Both the position numbers and the translations under genes were made by a program. 64,000 nucleotides of DNA, from contig JADFYJ010000003.1 of the NCBI GenBank assembly GCA_015233115.1, positions 40,536 to 104,535 on the forward strand. The letters run 5' to 3'. The notes beneath the pieces are model-generated. The model made no database searches. It had not been told where the DNA came from and was given only the letters and a program-made list of their open reading frames with translations. Each line of letters begins with the position of its first letter. Within the stretch, counting starts at the first letter, position 1. Below, one piece after another: positions 47,344-58,700 of the stretch. The DNA is from Candidatus Omnitrophota bacterium (GTDB lineage: Bacteria > Omnitrophota > Gorgyraeia > Zapsychrales > Zapsychraceae).

Positions 47344-49842
47344 ATGTCATACAATACCAATGAAATTCAAAGAATAGAAACCAAGTGGCAGAAGATTTGG
47401 GATGAGAAAAAGATATTTAAATCCGGAGTAGATAATGGCCGGGAAAAATATTATGTCTTAGAAATGTTCCCTTATCCGTCGGGGAAAATACATATGGGCC
47501 ATGTGCGGAATTATACGATTGCGGATGTCATTGCGCGGTTTCGCATGATGCAGGGATTGAATGTACTGCATCCGATGGGCTATGACGCTTTTGGCCAGCC
47601 GGCTGAAAATGCGGCCATCAAACGCGGGGTTGATCCGGCTGAATGGACTTATGGCTGTATTGATGAAATGACGCATGAATTAAAACGCATGGGTTTTTCC
47701 TATGATTGGGATCGGAGTTTGTCGACTTGCGACGCGGAATATTACAAATGGAATCAATGGATATTCTTGAAGATGTTCGAGCGTGGTTTGGCGTATAAAA
47801 AAGAGTCGCCGGTGAATTGGTGCCCGAGCTGTGACACGACGCTGGCGAATGAAGAAGTTATAAATGGCGCGTGCTGGCGATGCAAAAGTGAAGTGCAACA
47901 AAAAAATTTAAGCCAATGGTATTTGAAGATTACGGATTACAGCGAGCGGTTGCTCAAAGATTTAGATTTATTGACGCAATGGCCGGAACGCGTCGTGACT
48001 ATGCAGAAAAACTGGATCGGCAAAAGTTTTGGCGTAGAAATATTCTTTAGAATAGGGGACAGCGCCCTATTTCAAGAAGGAAATAGGGCGCTGTCCCCTA
48101 TTCTTAAAGTTTTTACCACCAGGCCGGATACGATTTTCGGCGCAACGTATGTGGTTTTAGCTCCTGAACATCCTTTGGTTGATGCGATCACAACGCCGGC
48201 GAACAAAGCGTCTGTAGAGGCTTTTAAAAAAGAAGTGGCGGGTGTCAGTAAAAGCGAACGGGTATCTGGCGATTTAGAGAAAAAAGGAATTTTTACCGGT
48301 AGTTATGTGGTCAATCCGGTGAATCAGGAATTGATACCGGTATGGATCGCGGATTATGTATTAATGGATTACGGTACCGGCGCGATCATGGCTGTTCCGA
48401 CGCATGATCAACGTGATTTCGAATTTGCTAAAAAACATCAGTTGCCGATGAAAATTGTTATTCAAGATCCGGCGTGGCCTGATTTAAAAGTTGAACAAAT
48501 GGATGCTGCTTATGTAGAGCAAGGGAATTTGACAGGCTCTGCCCAATTTGACGGTATGAATAATCAGGACGCAATGCAGGCGATTGGCGAATGGATGGAG
48601 AAATCCAATATTGGCAAAACCACGGTGCATTGGCGCTTGCGTGATTGGCTGATTTCCCGCCAGCGGTATTGGGGCACGCCAATCCCGATGATTTATTGTG
48701 ATACCTGCGGGGTAGTTCCGGTGCCGGAAAATCAATTGCCGGTTGAACTGCCGAAAAAAATTCAGATTACCGGACAGGGCGGAAGTCCATTAGCGTATTG
48801 CCAGGATTTTGTTAATGTGAAATGCCCGAAATGCGGTAAGCCTGCCCGCCGGGAAACCGATACCATGGCCACCTTTTTTGATTCGTCGTGGTATTATTTA
48901 CGTTTTTGTTCAGCGCGGAATTCGTCTCAGGTTTTTGATAAGCAGGAAGCCAAGTATTGGATGCCGGTTGACCAATACATCGGCGGGATTGAACACGCGA
49001 TCCTGCATTTATTGTATTCCCGTTTCTTCACGAAATTTTTTAAAGATTTGGGATTGGTTGATTTTGATGAACCGTTTGTGCGTCTCTTGACCCAGGGTAT
49101 GGTGTTAAAAGACGGGGAAGTCATGTCTAAGTCCCGCGGCAACACGGTTGACCCGGATACAATTTTAGTGAAATACGGCGCTGATCCTTTGCGCGTATGT
49201 ATTTTGTTTGCCGCGCCTCCGGAAGATCAGCTGGAGTGGAGCGACGGCGCAGTGGACGGTTCGTGGAAATTTTTAAATCGTTTGGATCGATTGGCTGATG
49301 AACGATTCAAAGGGGTAAAGGTGGGTTATGATTTTAAAACTTTATCCGGCGCGGCTCAGGAATTAGAGCGCGAGCGCAACGCGACCATTAAAAAAGTGAC
49401 TGGTGATTTGGAAACGTATAAATTTAATACGGCAGTCAGCGCCATGATGATCATGTTAAATTCGATCGAGAAATTTGTGCCGCAAAATGAAATCGATCAA
49501 GCGGTATTCGACCAGACTTTGCGCTCCTTCGTATTGATGTTGGCGCCGTATGCCCCGCATTTGTGCGAAGAGCTTTGGCAGAAAATGGGATCAGATGTGA
49601 CGAGTGTCAGCCAAGTCAAATGGCCGCAATATGATGAGGCTTCATTACAGCGTGCCGTGGTTGAAGTCGTTGTGCAGATCAACGGAAAACTGCGTTCCAA
49701 ACTGGAAGTCCCTGTTGAGCTCAACGAAGCCCAAGTCCGCGAATTAGCTTTAAAAGATGAAAAAATTCAAAAGTGGGTTGAAGACAAGCCGGTGCGGAAA
49801 TTTATTTATGTGCAGGGAAGATTGATTAATATAGTCGTATAA
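47344..49842 (+). CDS. leuS: Leucine-tRNA ligase
   Basis: MFPYPSG.IHMGH (HIGH), FTTRPDT, GTGAIMAVP.HDQRD editing motif, VMSKS. Confidence 0.98.
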   Translation: MSYNTNEIQRIETKWQKIWDEKKIFKSGVDNGREKYYVLEMFPYPSGKIHMGHVRNYTIADVIARFRMMQGLNVLHPMGYDAFGQPAENAAIKRGVDPAEWTYGCIDEMTHELKRMGFSYDWDRSLSTCDAEYYKWNQWIFLKMFERGLAYKKESPVNWCPSCDTTLANEEVINGACWRCKSEVQQKNLSQWYLKITDYSERLLKDLDLLTQWPERVVTMQKNWIGKSFGVEIFFRIGDSALFQEGNRALSPILKVFTTRPDTIFGATYVVLAPEHPLVDAITTPANKASVEAFKKEVAGVSKSERVSGDLEKKGIFTGSYVVNPVNQELIPVWIADYVLMDYGTGAIMAVPTHDQRDFEFAKKHQLPMKIVIQDPAWPDLKVEQMDAAYVEQGNLTGSAQFDGMNNQDAMQAIGEWMEKSNIGKTTVHWRLRDWLISRQRYWGTPIPMIYCDTCGVVPVPENQLPVELPKKIQITGQGGSPLAYCQDFVNVKCPKCGKPARRETDTMATFFDSSWYYLRFCSARNSSQVFDKQEAKYWMPVDQYIGGIEHAILHLLYSRFFTKFFKDLGLVDFDEPFVRLLTQGMVLKDGEVMSKSRGNTVDPDTILVKYGADPLRVCILFAAPPEDQLEWSDGAVDGSWKFLNRLDRLADERFKGVKVGYDFKTLSGAAQELERERNATIKKVTGDLETYKFNTAVSAMMIMLNSIEKFVPQNEIDQAVFDQTLRSFVLMLAPYAPHLCEELWQKMGSDVTSVSQVKWPQYDEASLQRAVVEVVVQINGKLRSKLEVPVELNEAQVRELALKDEKIQKWVEDKPVRKFIYVQGRLINIVV
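48049..48104. repeat. In-frame REPIN-like palindrome inside leuS
   Basis: Perfect 25-bp arms AGAATAGGGGACAGCGCCCTATTTC / GAAATAGGGCGCTGTCCCCTATTCT encoding RIGDSALFQEGNRALSPIL. Confidence 0.92.
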
Positions 49843-49852
49843 ACCGTTGGAC

Positions 49853-49888
49853 CACCGCGTCGGTGATCCAAAGGTCACCGACGCGGTG
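49853..49888. repeat. CACCGCGTCGG palindrome, also a plausible leuS terminator
   Basis: CACCGCGTCGGTGA-8 nt-TCACCGACGCGGTG then ATTTTGTTT. Confidence 0.75.
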
Positions 49889-49969
49889 ATTTTGTTTGGC
49901 TTTGACATTTAGATTTTTTTTCATATAATGAAACTATCTCGCAGTTCCTGATCAACCCCCGCAAAAAAT

Positions 49970-50107
49970 AGTAACATAGTAACCGAGTGACAGAGTAACA
50001 GAGTAAAAGCAAAAAAACAAAAAGAAAAAAACCTGTGTTTTTTGTTCTAATGTTTTTATGCCAATAGTTTTTTCTCTGTTACTCTGTCACTCGGTTACTC
50101 GGTTACT
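49970..50107. repeat. Inverted octamer tandem arrays, copy 2
   Basis: AGTAACCGAGTGACAGAGTAACAGAG is the exact reverse complement of CTCTGTTACTCTGTCACTCGGTTACT. Confidence 0.85.
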
Positions 50108-50125
50108 TTCGAAACGGGCAAGCAT

Positions 50126-50464
50126 ATGTTTTTTCTTAATAAGCAGGAATCAGTCACGCTGATTGTGGTTTGCGGCGTGATTATCGGGGGTTCTGTTCTG
50201 CAGTTTGTTTCCACGCATTTCCCTTATCAATGGCGGCAGTTGGATTTTATTTCCGGGAATAAATGTTTTATTAAGGTTAATGTCAATCAGGCGACACCGG
50301 AAGAATTGGATAAGGTTCCGAATTTAGGATTGAGTACGGCTGGTCGTATTGTTTCTTACCGCAATGAACATGGCCCTTTTAAGTCCATCGAAGAAATTAA
50401 AGACATTCCGGACATCCGCAGTAAAAATTTTGAAGAATTTCAGCCTTACCTGGAGGTCAAATGA
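50126..50464 (+). CDS. comEA: ComEA-like helix-hairpin-helix DNA-binding protein
   Basis: VNVNQATPEEL..VPNLG...AGRIVSYR.EHGPFKSIEEI; upstream of comEC. Confidence 0.85.
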   Translation: MFFLNKQESVTLIVVCGVIIGGSVLQFVSTHFPYQWRQLDFISGNKCFIKVNVNQATPEELDKVPNLGLSTAGRIVSYRNEHGPFKSIEEIKDIPDIRSKNFEEFQPYLEVK

Positions 50465-52035
50465 AAGCGGTTTATACTCACCGTCCTTTTGTGGCTATCG
50501 CTATTAGTTTTTGTCTGGGAATTGCGGCAGGATATAAGCTGCCGGTTCCGGCTTGGATTTGGTGCGTGTCCGCTCTCAGTATGCTTTTGGTGTGCTGGCG
50601 GGTTTATTTAAAATTTCCTCCATTTCTAATTTTTTTATTAATTGGTTTTTCAGGTGCTGTTTATACCAATATTTATCAGGCTGCTATCCGCGATGATTTT
50701 GCGCGTCAAAAATTGTTAAACGCCCAGCAAGTTTATATCGAGGGTGTGGTTGCTGCAGACCCGATTTTTCGTGCCATGCGATATACAGAGAAAACAGTTT
50801 TTACGGTAGAGCTTAATCGGGCCAGGATTGTTGATAAAAATCCGCCGGAAAAATTTATTCCCATGCAAGGTAAAGTTTTGGTCAATGTGTTCCGGAAAGA
50901 AGAGGTGATTTACGGCGAGAAGTTGGGTTTAAAGGGAAAATTTAGCCGGCCGATGGAATTCGGGAAGAAAGGGCAATTTTCTTACCGGGATTATTTGGCG
51001 CGGGCCGGCATTGGTTACACATTAAATGTAAAAAAAGCTGAACCTTTAAAGCGTCTTGGGAAAGATCAGGGGCAATGGGTGGTGCGGCTGGCGTATGCTG
51101 TGCGCAAACATTTCCGCCGGATTTTTGATAATAATTTTTCGCCGGATGAATCTGGCTTAGTCAGGGCGCTCATGTTAGGCGACAGAACAGGTGTTCCGTT
51201 TTTCATATCCGACATCTTCATGAAAACTGGCACCACGCACATTTTAGCGATCAGCGGTTTTAACATCGCGATTTTGGCTGTGATGGTTTTGGTGTTTTTA
51301 AAATTTTTTCCGTTTCACCGCAACATCATTATGTCGCTCGCTGTTATTTTTTTAATTTTTAATATGATCATGACGGACATGTCCGCGTCTGTGGTCAGGG
51401 CGACCATAATGGCGTCGGTCGTTTTGATCGCGTTCATGGTTGAGCGGCCCAAGGATCATTTTAATATATTAGGCGTGGCCGCGTTTGTGGTTTTGATATT
51501 TGATCCGTTATATTTGTTTGACATCGGGTTTCAGCTGTCGTTTGTTTGCGTGTTGTCCTTGATCGTGCTCCAACCCAAAGTAAAGGCAGCGGCAGAAAAA
51601 TTGTTAGGAACACCAAAAAATAAAGTGGTTTCATGGTTGTCCGAGTCATTGCTGGTATCTTTAGCCGTTTGGATCGGCGTGATGCCGCTCATTATTTATT
51701 ATTTTCATCTCATTTCTTTTGTCTCACTTTTGGCAAACCTGCTGATTCCCTTTCTAATGTCCCTCGCCATGTTCCTAGCTATGGGCGTAATGTTTTTTTC
51801 TTTTTTCTCGGTGTATGTCATGAAATGCTTTGTAATCGTCCTGAAATTATTATTAAATCTCACCATAGGCGCCACCTTTCTGTTTGCCGAGTGTCCGTAT
51901 GGCTACGTTCAAACCAAAGAGCAAAATGGATGGTTTATTCTGGGTTACTACCTAATGTTAGGGGTCATTTTATATAAAATAAAAGAGACTGAAAAAATTC
52001 AACTTGTAAATAGTACCAAAAATGGTACACTTTAA
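50461..52035 (+). CDS. comEC: ComEC/Rec2 competence channel (no C-terminal beta-lactamase domain)
   Basis: GTTHILAISGFNI, SVVRATIM, DIGFQLSF, many TM helices. Confidence 0.9.
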   Translation: MKAVYTHRPFVAIAISFCLGIAAGYKLPVPAWIWCVSALSMLLVCWRVYLKFPPFLIFLLIGFSGAVYTNIYQAAIRDDFARQKLLNAQQVYIEGVVAADPIFRAMRYTEKTVFTVELNRARIVDKNPPEKFIPMQGKVLVNVFRKEEVIYGEKLGLKGKFSRPMEFGKKGQFSYRDYLARAGIGYTLNVKKAEPLKRLGKDQGQWVVRLAYAVRKHFRRIFDNNFSPDESGLVRALMLGDRTGVPFFISDIFMKTGTTHILAISGFNIAILAVMVLVFLKFFPFHRNIIMSLAVIFLIFNMIMTDMSASVVRATIMASVVLIAFMVERPKDHFNILGVAAFVVLIFDPLYLFDIGFQLSFVCVLSLIVLQPKVKAAAEKLLGTPKNKVVSWLSESLLVSLAVWIGVMPLIIYYFHLISFVSLLANLLIPFLMSLAMFLAMGVMFFSFFSVYVMKCFVIVLKLLLNLTIGATFLFAECPYGYVQTKEQNGWFILGYYLMLGVILYKIKETEKIQLVNSTKNGTL

Positions 52036-52047
52036 AGGAGGAAAAAT

Positions 52048-52386
52048 TTGGGGCCGATAAAAGTTGTTTTTTACGCAACGTGGACAGGCCGTGAACCTGT
52101 CAGGGAATGGTTGCAGTCATTACAAAAGGACGAAAAGAAACAAATTGGAGAAGATATTAAGACTATTCAATTCGGTTGGCCCATTGGAATGCCTGTGGTT
52201 GAGAAATTGGATCGTGATCTTTGGGAAGTTAGAACTGTAATGCGAAATAAAATTGCGAGAGTTTTATTTACAATCTATGAGAATCAAATTGTTTTGTTGC
52301 ACGGTTTTATTAAGAAGAACCGAAAAATTTCTGTTGAAGATTTGGCTTTGGCGCAACAACGATTAGGAGAAATCAAGAGAGGATAA
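52048..52386 (+). CDS. RelE/HigB-like (Gp49/DUF891) toxin
   Basis: GREPVREWL, GWPIGMP.VEKL..LWEVR, LLHGFIKK; AAAGGAGG RBS. Confidence 0.88.
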   Translation: MGPIKVVFYATWTGREPVREWLQSLQKDEKKQIGEDIKTIQFGWPIGMPVVEKLDRDLWEVRTVMRNKIARVLFTIYENQIVLLHGFIKKNRKISVEDLALAQQRLGEIKRG

Positions 52387-52390
52387 AAAC

Positions 52391-52675
52391 ATGAAAAATA
52401 AACATGTTGGAAGTAATTTTGATGATTTTTTAAAGCAGGAAGGCATCCTGGAAGAAACAACAGCGGCTGCAACGAAAAGAGTTATTGCTTATCGCGTGCG
52501 GCAAATTATGAAAAAGAAACATCTTACTAAAAGAGCTATGACTGAACGCATGGGAATTAAGAGCCGAATCCAGCTGGACCGGTTGTTGGATCCCTCCAAT
52601 GCGTCTGTTACGTTGTTGACTTTGGATAAGGCCGCGCAAGCTCTGGGAAAGAGGCTTCGAATTCAGTTTGTTTAA
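52391..52675 (+). CDS. HigA-like HTH antitoxin
   Basis: HVGSNFDDFL, QLDRLLDP.N.SVTLLTL.KAA.ALGK. Confidence 0.88.
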   Translation: MKNKHVGSNFDDFLKQEGILEETTAAATKRVIAYRVRQIMKKKHLTKRAMTERMGIKSRIQLDRLLDPSNASVTLLTLDKAAQALGKRLRIQFV

Positions 52676-52791
52676 TAAGGCTCATCACTCTCAGCCTGCT
52701 TAAATCCTCCCCAAGTGGCAAATTAAAGAAATATAGTATATATTTAAACATATTCAAAAGACACCTCCATATAATTTTTAACAGGTTTATT

Positions 52792-55700
52792 ATGAAATCG
52801 CGCGAAGCAAATATAGGGCGCAAGATTATTGCGTCATTTTTAATTTTTACATTCATGATTTCCAATGGAAGTGTGCCAGTCCGCTATGCCAACGCGCAAG
52901 AATCATTTACTTCGGGTGTAGGATTAAGTGCCGCATTTACACCGTCGCTTCTTAAAGGCGTAAAAATATACGCAGACAATCCATTTCGGTTAGATTTCAT
53001 CTTGGATAAGGGCGGCACAAGCTCACAACGTGACATGAAAATCGAGTCGGAAAGGCTAATCAAATATTTTCTCGCCGCAGTAACTGTCCCTGAAAAAGAT
53101 TTGTGGGTTAACTTGTCGCCTTATGAAAAAAACCGCATTATTCCTGATGCCTTTGGCGTAACACAAATGGGCCGCGATCTTTTGGCTCAGGATTACATCC
53201 TTAAACAAATCACCGCATCTTTAACTAATCCTGAAGGAGAAATCGGACGGGAGTTTTGGAATAAGATTTATTCATCACTATCTCGTGATCCCTGCCTTCG
53301 CGGGGATGACAACTCTTTTAACATTCCAACCGACATCTTAAGTAAAGTCTGGATCGTGCCCGAAAAAGCAGTTGTTTATGAAGCCAAAGATTCCGCCTAT
53401 GTCGTCGAAAGTAAATTGAAAGTAATGACGGACCAAGATTATGCTTTATCGGTCGGGACAGGTCCCCTTCCTGTCCGGATGGAAGAATCTACCCAACAAG
53501 TCATTCGTGAGGTGATCATCCCTCTTTTGGAAAAAGAAGTCAACACTGGCAAAAATTTCGCCCAGCTCCGGCAGGTTTATAATTCGCTTATTCTGGCCAT
53601 GTGGTTTAAAGATAAAATCAAGGAAAGCATATTCGGCAAAGCCTATGTCGATCAAAACAAAACCGGCGGCATTGATATCGCGGACAAAAACGAAAAAGAA
53701 AAAATCTGGGCCAAGTATGTCGAGACATTTAAAAAAGGCGCGTATAATTACATCAAAGAAGAATACGACCCTAATATCCAACAGATAATCCCCAGAAAAT
53801 ATTTCTCCGGCGGATTTACCGCTTTAGGGCTTCAGCATAATCTGATCAGGACGCATGATAGGGCGATGCTTCAGCCAGCAGTTTTGGACAATGCCATGAT
53901 TGTTAAAACAAATTTTACCGCTACGAATCAAAATACAGATAAGGTTGCCATGATAATGTTGGATCGCGGATTGGAATTGACGGTCTTTCGCCGGCCTGAA
54001 CCGGCCATGGTAAATAATTTTTCCTGGGAGGATATTTATTCCGGAGGCCGACTGGCTTTTGGTGATAAGGAAGATGTTGATGCCCGGGTTAAGCAAATTT
54101 TATCTTCTGTCATGTGGAAAGAATTAGAAAACGCCTTGCCTTACGTGGATCAATTTGTTGACCGTATCTTTGCGGAGTATCCGGATTATACGATTATTGT
54201 CGCTGGCCGTGATGGTGAAATTTTTTATGACGCTTTATCGTGGAAGAAACTGCCTGCCACAAAAGTACGATTGATACACAGCGGCCATTTTCTTTTATCA
54301 GATCTGATTCATAAACAAGAGGCGGCGGCAGAAAAAGGCCTCATTGATCCGGTGGTAAAGAAATTTTTGGAAGACGCGGGATTAACTCCCCAGGCTATTA
54401 AAAATAAAGAAAAATTTTTATTTGTAGATACGGGTTTCCGCGGATCAGCCGGACAAATTCTTAAGGAAATTTTTTGGTCTGTATTTCCTCATGCCGAAGG
54501 CTTGCGTTTCGAATCTGTTTTAATGGCAGGCTGGGATCCAAAACTCACGTACTTGCGGCCCATTTATGCCGAGCCGTTGATTTTTTTTGACGTACCGAAA
54601 GATAAACTAGTACATGATTTTAGCAGATCATACGCGTTGATTCCCCAAGAATATAAAAATAAAACGACGCCGTACACAACAAATTTTACTTTGGGCACGG
54701 TGCTCCAGCTTCTTCCGCGGTATCATGGACATTCTCTCAGTGCTATTTTGTCCCACGATGGAAGACTTGAGATCAAGTTTACGGAAGTCCCGGTTAATTG
54801 GGACATGGACACGATTGATTATAGAGGTTTTGACAGCGATATAGTTAATCCGCTCGCCGCGCTCATGGTACAAAAAAGAACTCTTGAATATTTTGCGGCT
54901 AAGCAACGGACTGTTTTAGGCCCTGACCGCGCGATGATGCGCGATTATGAAAAAGATGATTCAGTCGCTTTCGCGCTCAAGTCGCGTAAAATAAGTCATT
55001 CTTTAGAGGCGGCAGATGAGAATAATCCATATTCTAATATGTTTGAAATTAAATCATCCGGGTTTGTGAGTCATAGCCAAATCCATTCGTATCTTGGAGA
55101 AGATTTCGACCGGATTGTCGCGGAAAATTATTCAAAATATATTCCACAAGGCGGGCGGGTTCTGGACTTGATGAGCGGGTACCATACTCACATTGGGGAA
55201 AATCTAAATCTTAATCAAGCCGCTGGGGTTGGATTAAACGCGTATGAAATGTATGCTAATCCAAAACTGACATCTTTCAATCTTCAGGACCTTAATACAA
55301 ATCCGAAGTTTCCCTCAGATTGGAATGAACATTTTGACGCGGTTATTATGACGAGCGGAATAGCTTATCTTACTAGTCCGCAAGATGTTTTTAGATCTGC
55401 CGCCAAAACTCTAAAGCCCGGCGGAGTTTTTATGCTGGCTTTTGACCGGCATTTTTTAGTGCCTGAAGCTATGCCTCTATGGGAAACTTTTTCCAACGAG
55501 GAGCGTTTGGCTTTTGTCTTGAAAAAGCTTGAACTGGCTGGAGGTTTTAAAATTACGGAGCATAAAATTTATCCTCAAGACGGAATAACTATTATCGTTT
55601 GCCGTAAGTCTGCTATCTCCGGCCAAGAATCTGAGACACAAACACTTCCGTTGAAAGAATCTTTTCAGAGGACACAGCTCAGGACTCAGGATATGGATCC

Positions 55701-58700
55701 CATCTTTGTAGAAGCTGAACGGTTTAGCGGGGGCCCAAAAATGAAAGTTAAAATGCCGGCCGCGGTTTATCAGCGGATAGAGACCCGGGACAAGGGAGCT
55801 TTTTTTATCAAAGGGCTTGAGTCGTTGATTGGCGAGTGTTTTTACGAAATCAATCGAAAGACCAGGGCTTTGGAAATTAAGCAAATTTCACCGGAAAGAG
55901 TTAGTTTTCATGGATGGCAATATTTTAGTATGTTGCTCCATATCTTAAGAACAGCGGTCACGATAAGTCTCAAAGAGGAGGACACGAAGGGCGCCGTGAC
56001 AGTCCGGCTCACGAATCTCAATAATAATAAACAAGTTGGAGAACTGGCTTTGCGTTTAAACGGAATTTTGAATGTGAGGCTTTTCAATACCAACGTTCAA
56101 GAATGGAGCATCAGCGCTGAAAGAACGAGAGAGTTTCTTGACGCAACAAAAAAAATTTTAGACGAACAATTCAAGACTTTGCCTGATTTTGCGGCTGACC
56201 GCGCGATGATACAGGCTTCTATGATAAAAGACGGAAATAAATTTCAATCTTTTCAACTTGCGCCCCGGACTGCGCTTTACCCCGGCGGGTTGGATTTTAG
56301 AATTTTTGATTTGTTCCCGAATCTTGAGGTTGCGCATTTTGTCAATAACCGGCCTTTTCGAGTTGAATTTTTAATGGAGAATTTGTTTTTTTACGACATA
56401 TCACCATATTCAAATTTTTTCGGTCATCTGGCATATAAACAAATGATGGTGAGATATCTCCAATCTTCAGCTGATTATTTTATTAGTGATGACCTTCAAG
56501 ATTCAATAATGTATGGCACATATCTTCAAATGCATTGGGACAAGATTCAAATAGGAATGGAACCTTTTGTTTTGGCGGAACTGGAAAAGCGTGAGGCGAA
56601 GAATATCCAGGTTAAACAAATTAATGAAGATGTTTGGACTGGAAAATTATTTCAAATTGAATTCGATGATAAGACTGGCCGTCATAGAACAGTTTATTAT
56701 CATGAAACCGACGCTTTTAAAGCGCCGGGCAATAAAATTTTATCTGATGGAATAGCCAATGGCGCGGATTTAGTTTTTTTAAAGGGATGGAATGTTGAAA
56801 AATATCCGTCGATGGTCGGGCAAATATTAAGACCCGGAACAATTATTGCTCAGGATAGAACGGAAAAGCGCGAAGACTATAAAGTGTTGGGCCGGCTGGG
56901 TGGGGTTGCTTCATATTGGGGGCAATTAGGCCATAATAATTATATGCGGGTTTACGAATATCAGCCTTTAGCGGGCGACTACATGATAAAGCGGAGTCCA
57001 GCAGATGCTGCGCCGATGAGTCATGACCAGGCAATGAACAGTCTCCTTGATAATGTTATTTTTATTAATAACTTAACGCAAGCGGGTTTGTCAGGATATC
57101 TGAAAACTTTCAGAGACGTCTCTCCTAATAAAGGCAGACAGCTTGCCGGAATGGGACGGGAAGTTTTGGGTACATTTTATTTTGGATCGCAAGGGACCGA
57201 AAAGCCAACGTTGATTTTAGCGTCGAGAACTAAAAATAGTGAGGGCATAAATTCACATAGAGAATTGGCCGGGTTAATTGGCCAGGATGAAAATGCCGGG
57301 GTGCCATTTATATGGCATTTTGACGATAAGAAAGATCCGAAAGAGCTCATTCTTTTCAGTAGTAAAGATAAAGATATTAGTGAACATGAAAAGCGCGGAC
57401 AAATTATTTTTTCCGCGAAGATTTTGTTAAAAATGATACAAGGGGTATACCCCCAAGCAGACGATTGTTATCTGATCAGATTGGCAGTCCAAGAGAATGT
57501 GCTGACAAAAGAGGATATGGAAAGCCTAAGCTTTTCTCAATATCCAGGAGGTCTTTATGACCTTCGGGCGATTGCGAATCTCCCAATGGAGCATGATCCG
57601 GTAATGAACATTTTCCCTCCTCGCGTGGCAGAGCGGGCCCAAGCCTTGCGCGATACTATTGCGCAAGTCCGCAAAGAACAGCCGGATTCAGCAATCCATT
57701 TTGAAAATACTGTTGATGAACACGGCGAACTGCCGGAAGAGGAATTGGTTGCAGACCCAAAACAAAAATTATTGAACGACGAGGAGTCAGAGAGATATGG
57801 CGACCGGGAGAATCGGATAGCTTATTGGGCGAATCAATATGACGTGAAAATTGAATTTCTTAAACTTGTTCGGGATTATCAATCAGGTCAGATTAAAAAT
57901 ATAAAAGATTTTGAAAGCAGGCTTCTAAAAATGCATCGAGTCCTACTTCTTGGATACGATGGACAATCTCTTTATGCTCCACAAACTTTTTTACATTTCC
58001 ATATCAAGTCTAGGATGGAATTAAAAAATGAAATAGATGCAATAGCAGGGAGGTTTTTTGATCGGCTGCCGGATAATAAGGTAAAAATTATTTATGAAGA
58101 TTTTCAAAGACTCATGAAATATTTTAATTCAGTAAATTTAACAATTGAATTGAATAGTTTCACGGCTGATTTAAGCCGGTTCTATTCAAATTTTTTAGGA
58201 GATTGGCAAACCACGGGTTATTTATTTGAGTATGGAAATAATTCATTGGTAATGAATATGTTTAATGGGTTTTTGCGTCTAGCTGATTTTAAAGGAATCT
58301 CCCATAATGAGTTTGATTCAGAAGCTTATGACTTAACGAGAGGTTTGCGGTATGCAAAAATTGCGGCAATTAGAATGGGGACTAAGGTAGAGCTCCAAGA
58401 GTCAGATATACCACCAGTGTATAAATCTTTTTTAACGGCCATAAAGGCAGCAAATGATCGCGACCGCGCGCAAACAAGTAACACCGGCGGTATTGATTTA
58501 ACCCGTGATAAAATGGGACTGCAGGTTCGGGGCACGGGAGACGGTGTTCAGTTTAAATTTGATGCTGCTATGATTCAAAAATTACAAAATGCTTCAGGCC
58601 TCACGCCCGTTATCATCGACATTCGACCTATGACTACGACTGTGCCGGTGTTTTTAGGTTTGAGTGAAGAAATTCCTGCCGCGAAATTAAGCATGAGATA

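Noticed and set aside
48049-48104. Intein or intron in leuS
   Set aside because: Only ~19 codons, no Cys/Ser...His-Asn splice motifs and no group I/II intron features
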